Below, piece by piece: positions 42,791-50,129 of a stretch of DNA of 50,129 bases. The position numbers and the translations under genes are program-made. Origin of the DNA: an uncultured Muribaculaceae bacterium (GTDB taxonomy: Bacteria; Bacillota_I; Bacilli_A; RF39; UBA660); the NCBI GenBank assembly GCA_964491535.1, contig CAZBGR010000003.1, positions 1 to 50,129 on the forward strand, written 5' to 3'. A model generated the notes under the pieces. The model was not told the DNA's origin. It worked only from the letters and a program-made list of their open reading frames with translations, and did no database searches. Positions within the stretch are counted from its first letter, which is position 1, and every line of letters starts with the position of its first letter.

Positions 42791-44910
42791 CCCGAGTTTG
42801 ACAGTTAAAAAAATAAAAAACAAGGTTTAACCCATATAAATACAAGGTTTAGTCTTGTTTTTTTATAATATACTATTCTTATCATATGTAATTATAAATT
42901 TTTTGATGAAATTAAATTTTTATATGACTTTATTTCGTTTAAACTAGATAAGCCTAATTTTTCATCAAGCCCTATAGACTTTTTAATTAAATTTATATAT
43001 TTAGCCTCTTTTGTTATTTGATAATAACCATCTCCAATATGATTAACTTGAAAATTAATTAATGATTTTTTCATTTTTTCTGCAGTAATACCTTGTGTCC
43101 AACCTTCAGTATTTAATGTTGATTTACCTAAGTATTTTAAAACTTTATACTGAATTATCCTTGTAATCAACAAAGCCATAAAACAAACTAAAAAATGAGC
43201 ATTTATATGTTCTTCTGTTCTTACATAAATTGGTCTTCCTTCTAAATCGTTTTTAATTATTCTAAATGAATCTTCTATTCTTGATAACCCACGATATCTA
43301 TTAATTATTTCTTGATCTGATAAATCAATCTCATTTGTTACAATTGAATAAAATCCCATTGTTTCTTTATATTTCTTAATTTTATTATCTAATAAAATTA
43401 CTAAAGGTTTTGTTTTTAGAACTTCTCCTGTTTTTTTATCTGTTTGTAAAACTTTTAGAAAATCTTGACTTTTTCTTTGTCTATCCTTTAATTTGTTAGG
43501 CTTGTCTTTACAAGCTTCTAAATATTTCATGAACTCTTCATTTTGTTTTAATTCTCTTTCGTAATGTTTTTTACTCCAAAAAACGATCTGCTTTTCTTTA
43601 ATAATTATTTTATTTCCTTCTTTATCTTTTAATTCCTTATCATAAATTTTAGATTTTGATTTAAAGATTATAATGTCATCACTATTTTTTATATAATTGT
43701 AACCCTTTTCTTTTAAAGCCCATTCTCTTAAACTTACTTCTTCTGATTCTTTTGGTTTGGTATTCCAATGTTTTTTTACTGATTTAGAAATTATGTATCC
43801 ATTCTCTTTAATTGCTAATAAATACATATTTTCTTGTGAGTATACTCCATTATCAGCAACGACAACTACTTTGTTTAATTCTAAATTGTTAATTGTTTTA
43901 TTTATAATCTTTTTAAAAGTTGTTTTATCTTGCATATTACCAGGAAAAATATCATAGGAAACTGGTAATCCGTTATTATCAATAAGCAATCCCATCCCTA
44001 CGATAGGATTAGGTTTGTTTTCTTTACTTACTCCTCTTTTTCTTAGCCCACTTTTAACAATTATTGGTTTGCTTTTTTTATCTAATATAACTTCTCCTAA
44101 TTCATTCACTTTATAAGTATCTTCATCACCATACATTGTTTCAAAATAATAATTAGTAACATCATAATAAGTTAAATTAGTTTTTCTTTCAATTGAAGAC
44201 TGGTTAATTCTAGTATTTATTCTTTTTTGAATCGATATTGATTTTTCATTTAAAATATCTAATGTACGATATATTTCTTTTTCCTTAACTGAAGTTGTAA
44301 TAGGAAATAAATAGTTATCCTTATTTAAAAATGTTGCCTTTTTACTTTGAGGATTTAAAATTCTGCCAAATACTAATGTTTTAGTTAAACCATTAAGATC
44401 ATATTTTATTTTAGAATCACTTTTATATTGTGATAAAACTTCAGCTATTCCTAATTGATTATATAAAGATTCTAAGAAAAAATAACCAAGATTTTTTAAT
44501 TTTAATTCTTTTTCAATATTTTTAATTGTTGTTTTTACTTTAGGAATATTTAATTCTTCATAAGGCATACCTATATCTAATTCTTTATTTTTAAATTTTT
44601 CTCTTAATCTTAATAATAATCCATCCCCAAGATTATCATCAAATTTTGATAAGGAGCCAAGATTTTTAATAGTCCTTCTTTTAACAGTAGCTTTACCATC
44701 AGGTTTTTTAAAATAATATCCTTCAACAATTCTTAAATAATCTTTTCCCGTATTTTTAAAACAATCTAAAAAAATACTTGCCATTTCGCGCCTCCATATA
44801 TTCATATACTAATAATAGTGTAACACAGTTTTGGAAAAAATGCAACAAAAAAAGTCATATTTTATATAACTTTTTAAGTTTTTATTATTTTTTTAACTAT
44901 CAAACTCGGG
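42791..44910 (-). mobile_element. IS1634-like (IS4 superfamily) insertion sequence, 2120 bp
   Basis: The terminal inverted repeats CCCGAGTTTGACAGTTAAAAAAATAA and CCCGAGTTTGATAGTTAAAAAAATAA match at 25/26. The element holds a single DDE transposase ORF and is flanked by the 79-bp direct repeat. Confidence 0.85.
42892..44784 (-). CDS. IS1634-family DDE transposase
   Basis: The N-terminus GKDYLRIVEGYY...RTIKNLGSL is typical of IS1634/IS4-like transposases. Candidate catalytic segments are YYDVTNYYFE, VVVADNG and RIEDSFRIIKNDLEGRPIYV. I prefer the ATG at 44784 (MASIFL), after GGAGG. Confidence 0.8.
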   Translation of the reverse strand: MASIFLDCFKNTGKDYLRIVEGYYFKKPDGKATVKRRTIKNLGSLSKFDDNLGDGLLLRLREKFKNKELDIGMPYEELNIPKVKTTIKNIEKELKLKNLGYFFLESLYNQLGIAEVLSQYKSDSKIKYDLNGLTKTLVFGRILNPQSKKATFLNKDNYLFPITTSVKEKEIYRTLDILNEKSISIQKRINTRINQSSIERKTNLTYYDVTNYYFETMYGDEDTYKVNELGEVILDKKSKPIIVKSGLRKRGVSKENKPNPIVGMGLLIDNNGLPVSYDIFPGNMQDKTTFKKIINKTINNLELNKVVVVADNGVYSQENMYLLAIKENGYIISKSVKKHWNTKPKESEEVSLREWALKEKGYNYIKNSDDIIIFKSKSKIYDKELKDKEGNKIIIKEKQIVFWSKKHYERELKQNEEFMKYLEACKDKPNKLKDRQRKSQDFLKVLQTDKKTGEVLKTKPLVILLDNKIKKYKETMGFYSIVTNEIDLSDQEIINRYRGLSRIEDSFRIIKNDLEGRPIYVRTEEHINAHFLVCFMALLITRIIQYKVLKYLGKSTLNTEGWTQGITAEKMKKSLINFQVNHIGDGYYQITKEAKYINLIKKSIGLDEKLGLSSLNEIKSYKNLISSKNL

Positions 44911-44989
44911 ATGTTATTTAAGAGTATCAAAAGAAATAATTTTTTAATATACTATAATAGTATTTTATAAAAATTATTTTATGTTATAA
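44911..44989. repeat. 79-bp direct repeat, copy 2 (right flank of IS; contains upstream part of the tRNA-Cys promoter)
   Basis: This copy is identical to 42712-42790. Its last bases form TGTTATAA, which with T44990 completes the extended -10 TGTTATAAT, 14 nt before tRNA-Cys. Confidence 0.9.
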
Positions 44990-45003
44990 TATATATTGTA
45001 AAT

Positions 45004-45077
45004 GGGGCTATAGCCAAGTGGTAAGGCATAAGACTGCAAATCTTTGAGCGCAGGTTCAAATCCTGTTAGCCCCTCCA
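45004..45077 (+). tRNA. trnC: tRNA-Cys (anticodon GCA)
   Basis: Acceptor GGGGCTA/TAGCCCC, anticodon loop CTGCAAA, T-loop TTCAAAT, and an encoded CCA. Confidence 0.9.
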
Positions 45078-45188
45078 TTAAAAGAAATGAAATATAAATT
45101 AAAATATTAAGGTTTATTTTTGCGAAAATTTTTATTTGTAATAATAATAATCTAATATTTTTATTATTTTATTGATAGGTAGGTGAAT

Positions 45189-46055
45189 ATGAATACTTTT
45201 TTATCATCCTCTAGAGCTGATATAATTAATAATCAACAACGTTTTTTAAAGAGGGTTAAATATGTGTTGCATAATATGAACGCTTGTTCAGATGTTGGAA
45301 TTATAAGAAAGAATCAAGAAGATGCAGTCCTTTTGCTTGAACATGTTAATAATATAGATTTCAAATTGTTAGCTGTGGCTGATGGAATGGGTGGGCTTTC
45401 TTATGGGGAAATAGCTAGTAATTTAGCTTTACTTGAAATAATAAAATGGTTTGATAATTTGCCTTTATCTTATTATTATAGTGAGGCTAAGGTATGTAAA
45501 GAATTAAAAACAAAATTATATGAAGTTGATTCGTTGATAAGAAAAGTTTGTATTAAAGGGGGGACCACTTTAGCTTTAGCTGTAATTTGTAAAAAGAATA
45601 CCTTTTTTACTAATATTGGAGATTCAAGAATTTATCTTTATTATAAAAATAATTTTGAACAAATTACTAATGATCATTCTCCTTGTTATGATTTATATTT
45701 AAGAGGTATAATTAAAAATAAGGACGATATAAGATTTCATCAACAAAACCATTTAATTAGTTCTTGTTTAGGGGGAATTAAGCCAATGATTAAAATGGAA
45801 AATATTGCTTTATATAATAGCGAATATGATAATATATTATTAGTTACTGATGGGGTTTCTGATTGTTTGCCAGAAGATAAATTAAAGGATTTGATAGATA
45901 GGTTTCAATATGATAATTGTTTATCAGAAGTTATTGTAGATCAATCATTATTATTTAATTCGATTAATAAAACATTAGATTCATTAGAATATTATGATAA
46001 AATAATAGGCGGAAAAGATAATACTACAGCTGCAGTTTTTTTAAAAAAAAGATAA
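45189..46055 (+). CDS. PP2C-family Ser/Thr protein phosphatase (stand-alone)
   Basis: The PPM motifs are AVADGMGG, NIGDSRIY, LLVTDGVSD and DNTTAAVF. The ATG at 45189 follows TAGGTAGG. No adjacent kinase gene is present. Confidence 0.8.
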   Translation: MNTFLSSSRADIINNQQRFLKRVKYVLHNMNACSDVGIIRKNQEDAVLLLEHVNNIDFKLLAVADGMGGLSYGEIASNLALLEIIKWFDNLPLSYYYSEAKVCKELKTKLYEVDSLIRKVCIKGGTTLALAVICKKNTFFTNIGDSRIYLYYKNNFEQITNDHSPCYDLYLRGIIKNKDDIRFHQQNHLISSCLGGIKPMIKMENIALYNSEYDNILLVTDGVSDCLPEDKLKDLIDRFQYDNCLSEVIVDQSLLFNSINKTLDSLEYYDKIIGGKDNTTAAVFLKKR

Positions 46056-46199
46056 ATAGAAAAATAAGAATATTGCTGGGGCATGTATTTTAAGATTATA
46101 CTATCATTTATGGATACTATTACTGATTTTAAATGTTTTTTATAAGGTAAAAAATGATAGGTAAATTTGACAAAACAAAATTAAAAAGATGTTTTCAAC

Positions 46200-46898
46200 T
46201 TATATTTTATTTACCAAAAGATCATCAATTAATTGATAAACGGTATCGTATTCCCCTTGGCATACTTTTTTTAATTTTGGATTACTATTTTTAATGCAAT
46301 AACTATTATAAATGGACATTGAAATATCATTTATATTATCTCCAATAGTATAAATTTGATTGTTATTTATTTGATGAAGCTTTTTTATTATATTAATAGC
46401 TTCCCCTTTAGTAACATTTTTTTCTGTTATGTTTATAAATCTTTCGCTTATATAGCCATGTACTTCTTTATAGTTAGTTTCTATTATATTAAGCAATAGT
46501 TCAGCTTTTTTAAAGTCCGTTATTTTTCCTATTAATCCATTTGCCGGATTATTTATGTTGTTAGTAGTAAAAGTACCAGCATCGATGAACCAATCACTTA
46601 TTGAAGGATCATTTTTATATAAATCTATGATAGGTTTAACTAATGATTGAGGAATGTTTTTTTGATAGATTATTTTTAATTGATGATCGAAAATAATTCC
46701 ACCATCGTTACAAACTAAATAATTATATTTTAGATTTTTAGTTTTAATATCGGCTAATAAGTGGTTTATGTGACGGCCCGTCACAATTATTAATAAATTT
46801 CCTCTATTAACAAATTTATTAATTTTCATGATATTTTTTTGATAATCATCACCTTTAAATAAGGTGTTATCAAAATCAGTTGCTAGTAATTTAATCAT
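46200..46898 (-). CDS. HAD-superfamily Cof-type phosphatase
   Basis: Motif I is ATDFDNTLF and motif IV is GDNINDISM, in a 232-aa ORF. Confidence 0.8.
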   Translation of the reverse strand: MIKLLATDFDNTLFKGDDYQKNIMKINKFVNRGNLLIIVTGRHINHLLADIKTKNLKYNYLVCNDGGIIFDHQLKIIYQKNIPQSLVKPIIDLYKNDPSISDWFIDAGTFTTNNINNPANGLIGKITDFKKAELLLNIIETNYKEVHGYISERFINITEKNVTKGEAINIIKKLHQINNNQIYTIGDNINDISMSIYNSYCIKNSNPKLKKVCQGEYDTVYQLIDDLLVNKI

Positions 46899-46939
46899 TA
46901 TTTATCACCTTTATAGAATTTTATCATAATAATTATCAA

Positions 46940-46968
46940 TTGACAAAAGCAAATAAAAAAAGTATAAT
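46940..46968 (+). promoter_or_regulatory. sigma-A-type promoter of tRNA-Gly
   Basis: TTGACA (46940-46945), a 17-nt spacer and TATAAT (46963-46968) are present. The tRNA starts 12 nt later. Confidence 0.6.
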
Positions 46969-46979
46969 TGTTTTGTATT

Positions 46980-47053
46980 GCGGATGTAGTTTAATGGTAG
47001 AACCTCAGCCTTCCAAGCTGACTGCGAGGGTTCGATTCCCTTCATCCGCTCCA
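46980..47053 (+). tRNA. trnG: tRNA-Gly (anticodon UCC)
   Basis: Acceptor GCGGATG/CATCCGC, anticodon stem TCAGC/GCTGA with loop CTTCCAA, T-loop TTCGATT, and an encoded CCA. Confidence 0.9.
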
Positions 47054-47064
47054 GAAGAAAACAT

Positions 47065-47086
47065 CCCTTATTCTATAAGGGTTTTT
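47065..47086 (+). terminator. intrinsic terminator after tRNA-Gly
   Basis: Hairpin CCCTTAT-TCT-ATAAGGG is followed by T5. It is nearly identical to the terminator after tRNA-Ala. Confidence 0.7.
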
Positions 47087-47254
47087 ATTTTTTAAAATGT
47101 TTAACTAGTTAAAAGGGATAATAAGGTAATTATTTTTGCCGATGATGAATTAGTGAAAAGAAAAAAACATTTAGAAAAATAATACTTTTTAAAAATTAAT
47201 AAAAAAGATAAAACATATGATATAATTTAATTGGATAAGAAGGGATGGGTATTA

Positions 47255-47995
47255 ATGAGAAAATTAAAATTATGGTTTCTCTTGGGATTACTTCTCGTAA
47301 CAGTAGGTTGTGAAGCTGAATATCATCTTGAGTTTGATAAAGATTTATCAGTTAAAGAAGAAATAACTTTTATTGAAAGTAATAATGTTATTTATTCATA
47401 TAATAACTCAATAGATAATTTTATTAATGATACAATTTATCAATTAGGTAATAATTATAGTGCTAACGAATATGAAATTAATAAAAAGATAGATGATATA
47501 GATTCTAGAGTTGTAGCTACTCGTTCTTATAATCATTTTCAAGCAGTGGGTAATGATTATTCGGTATTAAATGAATTATTTAACGAAATAGAAATAACTA
47601 ATGATCCTTATTATGATAATTTAGTGATGATTAATTTTAAAGCAATTGCTGATAACAATGATTTTTTTATAAATGATGAAGAATCAGAAGTTTTATTTGA
47701 AAAAATTACTTTAACCATTTCTATTCCCTATTATGTTACAGTTACTAATGCGGATTACATTAATCAAGAACAAAATCTTTATAGTTGGTATTATGATAAG
47801 GATAATGTCGTTAAAAATGTAGAATTAGAGTTTGATTTAAAGCAACCTATTAATCAAGGTTTCCTTAATCAAATTGGTTCAGCTTTTAAAATTGGAAATG
47901 TTTTTCCTTTTATTGTGGGTGGAATAGTGCTTAGCATTGTTTTGCTCGGTGGCTTTTATTTAGTAGCTTTAATTAAACACAATAATAGTATATAA
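47255..47995 (+). CDS. putative lipoprotein with additional C-terminal TM anchor, unknown function
   Basis: MRKLKLWFLLGLLLVTVGC is a signal peptide with a lipobox-like VTVGC, and a C-terminal hydrophobic helix (VFPFIVGGIVLSIVLLGGFYLVALI) follows. I prefer the ATG at 47255 over the TTG at 47231. Confidence 0.5.
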   Translation: MRKLKLWFLLGLLLVTVGCEAEYHLEFDKDLSVKEEITFIESNNVIYSYNNSIDNFINDTIYQLGNNYSANEYEINKKIDDIDSRVVATRSYNHFQAVGNDYSVLNELFNEIEITNDPYYDNLVMINFKAIADNNDFFINDEESEVLFEKITLTISIPYYVTVTNADYINQEQNLYSWYYDKDNVVKNVELEFDLKQPINQGFLNQIGSAFKIGNVFPFIVGGIVLSIVLLGGFYLVALIKHNNSI

Positions 47996-48008
47996 TGGAG
48001 GTATCGTT

Positions 48009-48833
48009 ATGACATTTGATTTAATTATTTCAACAATTAGAAAAATTATTGATGTCTCATTAGTGTGGCTTGTTTTTTATTTTATTTTAAAAAGCATGCG
48101 TAATAATGTAAAAATGAGTCTTTTATTTAAAGGAATTGTTTTTATTTTTATCATTAAATTAATTAGTGATTGGTTTAATTTAATTACTATAGGTTTGTTG
48201 TTAGAATATGTTATTATGTGGGGTCCTTTAGCGTTAATTATAATTTTTCAACCAGAAATTAGAAACGTTTTAGAACAAATTGGGAAAGGTCAATTATTAG
48301 GACGCCATAAAGTGTTAACTGTTAGTGAGCGCGAACGATTAGTATCAGAGATTGTTCAAGCTGTTGATTATTTGAAAAAAACAAAAATAGGAGCTTTAAT
48401 TGTTTTAGAACGAGATATAAGTTTAATGGATTATATAGAACGTTCTAAGAAGATATATGCTGATATTTCAAGTGAATTATTAATTTCTATTTTCTTTCCT
48501 AATAATCCTTTGCATGATGGGGGAGTTATTATTCAAGGAGATGAAATTACTAGTGCTGGAGCAGTTTTCCCTACTAGTGTAGATATGCGGATTGTTAAAA
48601 GGTTAGGGACAAGACATCGGGCAGCTTTAGGAATTAGCGAAGAAACTGATTGTATAGCAATTGTTGTTTCTGAAGAAACAGGACGTATATCATTAGCTTT
48701 GAATGGTGAATTAAAGTATAATGTGTCCGTGGATGAAGTTAGAATGATTTTATTTGACGAATTACAACAAAAACGAGAAATATTATTAGAAGAAGAAATT
48801 GAATTGGAGGAAGATGATGAAAAGGATAATTAA
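48009..48833 (+). CDS. cdaA: diadenylate cyclase CdaA (c-di-AMP synthase)
   Basis: Three N-terminal TM helices are followed by a DAC domain with HDGGVII and GTRHRAALGISEETD. Confidence 0.9.
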   Translation: MTFDLIISTIRKIIDVSLVWLVFYFILKSMRNNVKMSLLFKGIVFIFIIKLISDWFNLITIGLLLEYVIMWGPLALIIIFQPEIRNVLEQIGKGQLLGRHKVLTVSERERLVSEIVQAVDYLKKTKIGALIVLERDISLMDYIERSKKIYADISSELLISIFFPNNPLHDGGVIIQGDEITSAGAVFPTSVDMRIVKRLGTRHRAALGISEETDCIAIVVSEETGRISLALNGELKYNVSVDEVRMILFDELQQKREILLEEEIELEEDDEKDN

Positions 48834-50129
48834 TCATCTACAAAGAATTTTTCATTTAATTTTTATGATTATTGATAAAAAAATAGTTTTACCAATATCT
48901 AAAGCATCGCTAATAATTAGAAAAAGTATTACTACGGATAGTAAAAGATTTGAAAAGTTATTTTCTAAAAAATCAAGTTTATTATTTATATCTTTAGTTT
49001 TAGCGCTTCTTGTTTTCTTTTTAATAGATTCAAAGTCAATTGCTATGTTAGAAACTTCTGCTGAAGTATTATATAATCAAAAATTAGATGTTCAGTATAA
49101 TGAAGAAGCTTATGTTTTAGAAGGCGTACCTAAAACAGTTGATATTACTTTAATAGGCCGTAAATCAGATCTTTATTTAGCTAAGCAAATTCCCGATCAT
49201 GAGATAACCTTAGATTTAACTGGTTTAAAACCGGGGATTCACAGAGTAACTTTAAAATACAAACGAGTTTTAGCATCAATTAATTACAAATTAGATCCTT
49301 CAGTAGTAACGGTTACTATTCATTCTAAGGTATCTGAAATTAGAACTATTAATATTGATTTGTTAAATCGTGATAATTTAGATAGCAAATTAATTATTGA
49401 TAAAATAGAAGCTGATTGTAATGATGTTTTTATTAAAGGCTCAGAGGTTACTTTAAAGCAGGTGGCCACAGTTAAAGCTTTGGTTGATGTTGATAATATT
49501 GTTAATCCTGATGTAGGAGTGATTGAGTTTAAAGATATACCTTTAATTGCCTATGATCAATCGGGAAATGTTATTAATGTTGAAATAGTACCTGCTAAAA
49601 TAAATACTTCAATTACAATCACTTCGCCTCATAAAACAGTACCCCTTAGAATAATACCGATTGGGACAATTGCTTTTGGTAAGGCAATAAACACTATAAA
49701 TAGTGATATTAATGAAGTTACCATTTATGGAGAAGAAGCGGTTTTAGATGGGATAAACAATATTCCTGTCGAAATAGACGTTGATGGTTTAAAGGAAGAT
49801 AAATTATATAATGTAACTATAAAAAAACCAATTGGTATTAGATATATGAATAATTCTATTGCTAATATTAAAGTTGCTTTAGGTGAAGAAGTAACTAGGG
49901 AATTTGATAATGTTGGGATTGAATATCAGAATTTAGAATCAAATTATACAGTTAATGCCAAAAGGGTAAATGATCGCAGTTTAACTGTTATTGTTAAAGG
50001 TGTAGATTCAGTTATTAATAATTTAGATTCTAATATGATTAGAGCTTATGTAGATTTAAAAGGCTATGGCCCTGGTGAACATGAGGTTGATGTTCAAATT
50101 GAAAGAAGTGATTTACGAGTTATTTATTT
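48815..50129 (+). CDS. cdaR: CdaA regulatory protein CdaR (YbbR-domain protein), 3'-partial at window edge
   Basis: I translated it by hand: MMKRIINHLQRIF..., a TM helix, then repeated YbbR-like modules (VPKTVDITLIGRKSDL...GIHRVTLKYK...). It overlaps the cdaA end, stays open to the last base, and is absent from the ORF track because it is truncated. Confidence 0.8.

Noticed and set aside
2216-43957. Nine short ORFs in the track lie antisense to, or nested inside, long well-supported genes: 2216-2410(-), 7918-8157(-), 13851-14081(-), 17391-17600(-), 18875-19057(-), 37167-37457(-), 38504-38719(-), 39084-39317(-) and 43757-43957(+).
   Set aside because: Each lies wholly within a confidently identified gene on the opposite strand (hsdM, hsdR, trxB, mscS, abgT, nusA, infB twice, and the transposase). 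None has a recognisable SD or motif, and their translations are low-complexity Ser/Leu/Ile/Phe/Asn-rich mirror images of the sense codons. These are typical spurious ORFs.
46091-46153. A 20-codon ORF (MYFKIILSFMDTITDFKCFL) lies in the convergent gap between the PP2C and HAD genes.
   Set aside because: It has no convincing SD, no recognisable features, and a length and composition expected by chance in AT-rich DNA.
1-50129. Mollicutes-type genetic code 4 (UGA = Trp) might apply, given the extreme AT-richness.
   Set aside because: All conserved genes read through to full length with code 11. TGA is used as a genuine stop (infB at 40521-40523, dnaB at 25041-25043). The only tRNA-Trp seen has anticodon CCA. 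Cell-wall genes (murD, the SEDS protein, lgt) and sporulation genes are present.
1-50129. I looked for CRISPR arrays, rRNA operons, and prophage or multi-gene defence islands beyond the type I R-M.
   Set aside because: I saw no regularly spaced direct repeats, no rRNA-like conserved segments, and no integrase, terminase or capsid genes. I saw no recognisable defence gene clusters (Cas, BREX, DISARM, CBASS, retron, toxin-antitoxin) in the ORF set. This was a manual inspection and could miss very divergent systems.

Overview
The window is a very AT-rich chromosomal segment (roughly 70% or more A+T by eye, not computed) from a low-GC, cell-walled Bacillota-type bacterium that probably forms spores. 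It uses the standard genetic code: TGA closes infB and dnaB, and tRNA-Trp carries anticodon CCA. Most of the window is densely packed core genome, largely on the + strand.

Core blocks:
- murD, eno, lgt, trxB and whiA.
- An origin-proximal block: parA-parB-mscS-DUF951-abgT-ychF-rpsF-ssb-rpsR-DHH-rplI-dnaB-yycJ-like.
- pyrG, a NUDIX gene and rnj.
- rimP-nusA-ylxR-infB-rbfA, then miaA and hsp20.
- cdaA-cdaR at the right edge.
- Four tRNA genes: Trp, Ala, Cys and Gly.

Accessory and sporulation content:
- A GNAT gene plus a complete type I R-M system (hsdMSR) lies next to tRNA-Trp.
- One IS1634-like insertion sequence is flanked by a perfect 79-bp direct repeat.
- Sporulation-type genes include a CwlJ/SleB-family hydrolase, a CotY/CotZ-like cysteine-rich coat protein, an FtsW/RodA/SpoVE-family protein and an orphan histidine kinase.
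- I found no rRNA genes, no CRISPR array and no recognisable multi-gene defence system other than the type I R-M.

Items most worth follow-up:
- The 79-bp duplication made by the IS, which copies the tRNA-Cys promoter.
- A 321-bp ORF-free gap after rbfA that holds a cluster of TTATCC (DnaA-box-like) motifs bracketed by an inverted repeat.
- An ORF absent from the supplied track, encoding a 54-aa Gly/Phe/Pro/Tyr-rich peptide with a strong SD.
- Several leader or attenuator structures (pyrG, rimP-nusA, rpsF) and a CIRCE-like operator at hsp20.
- A C-terminally truncated rimP.
- A stand-alone DHH/DHHA1 protein in the position normally held by gdpP.

All calls rest on manual reading of the sequence and the ORF track. 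No database search was run.
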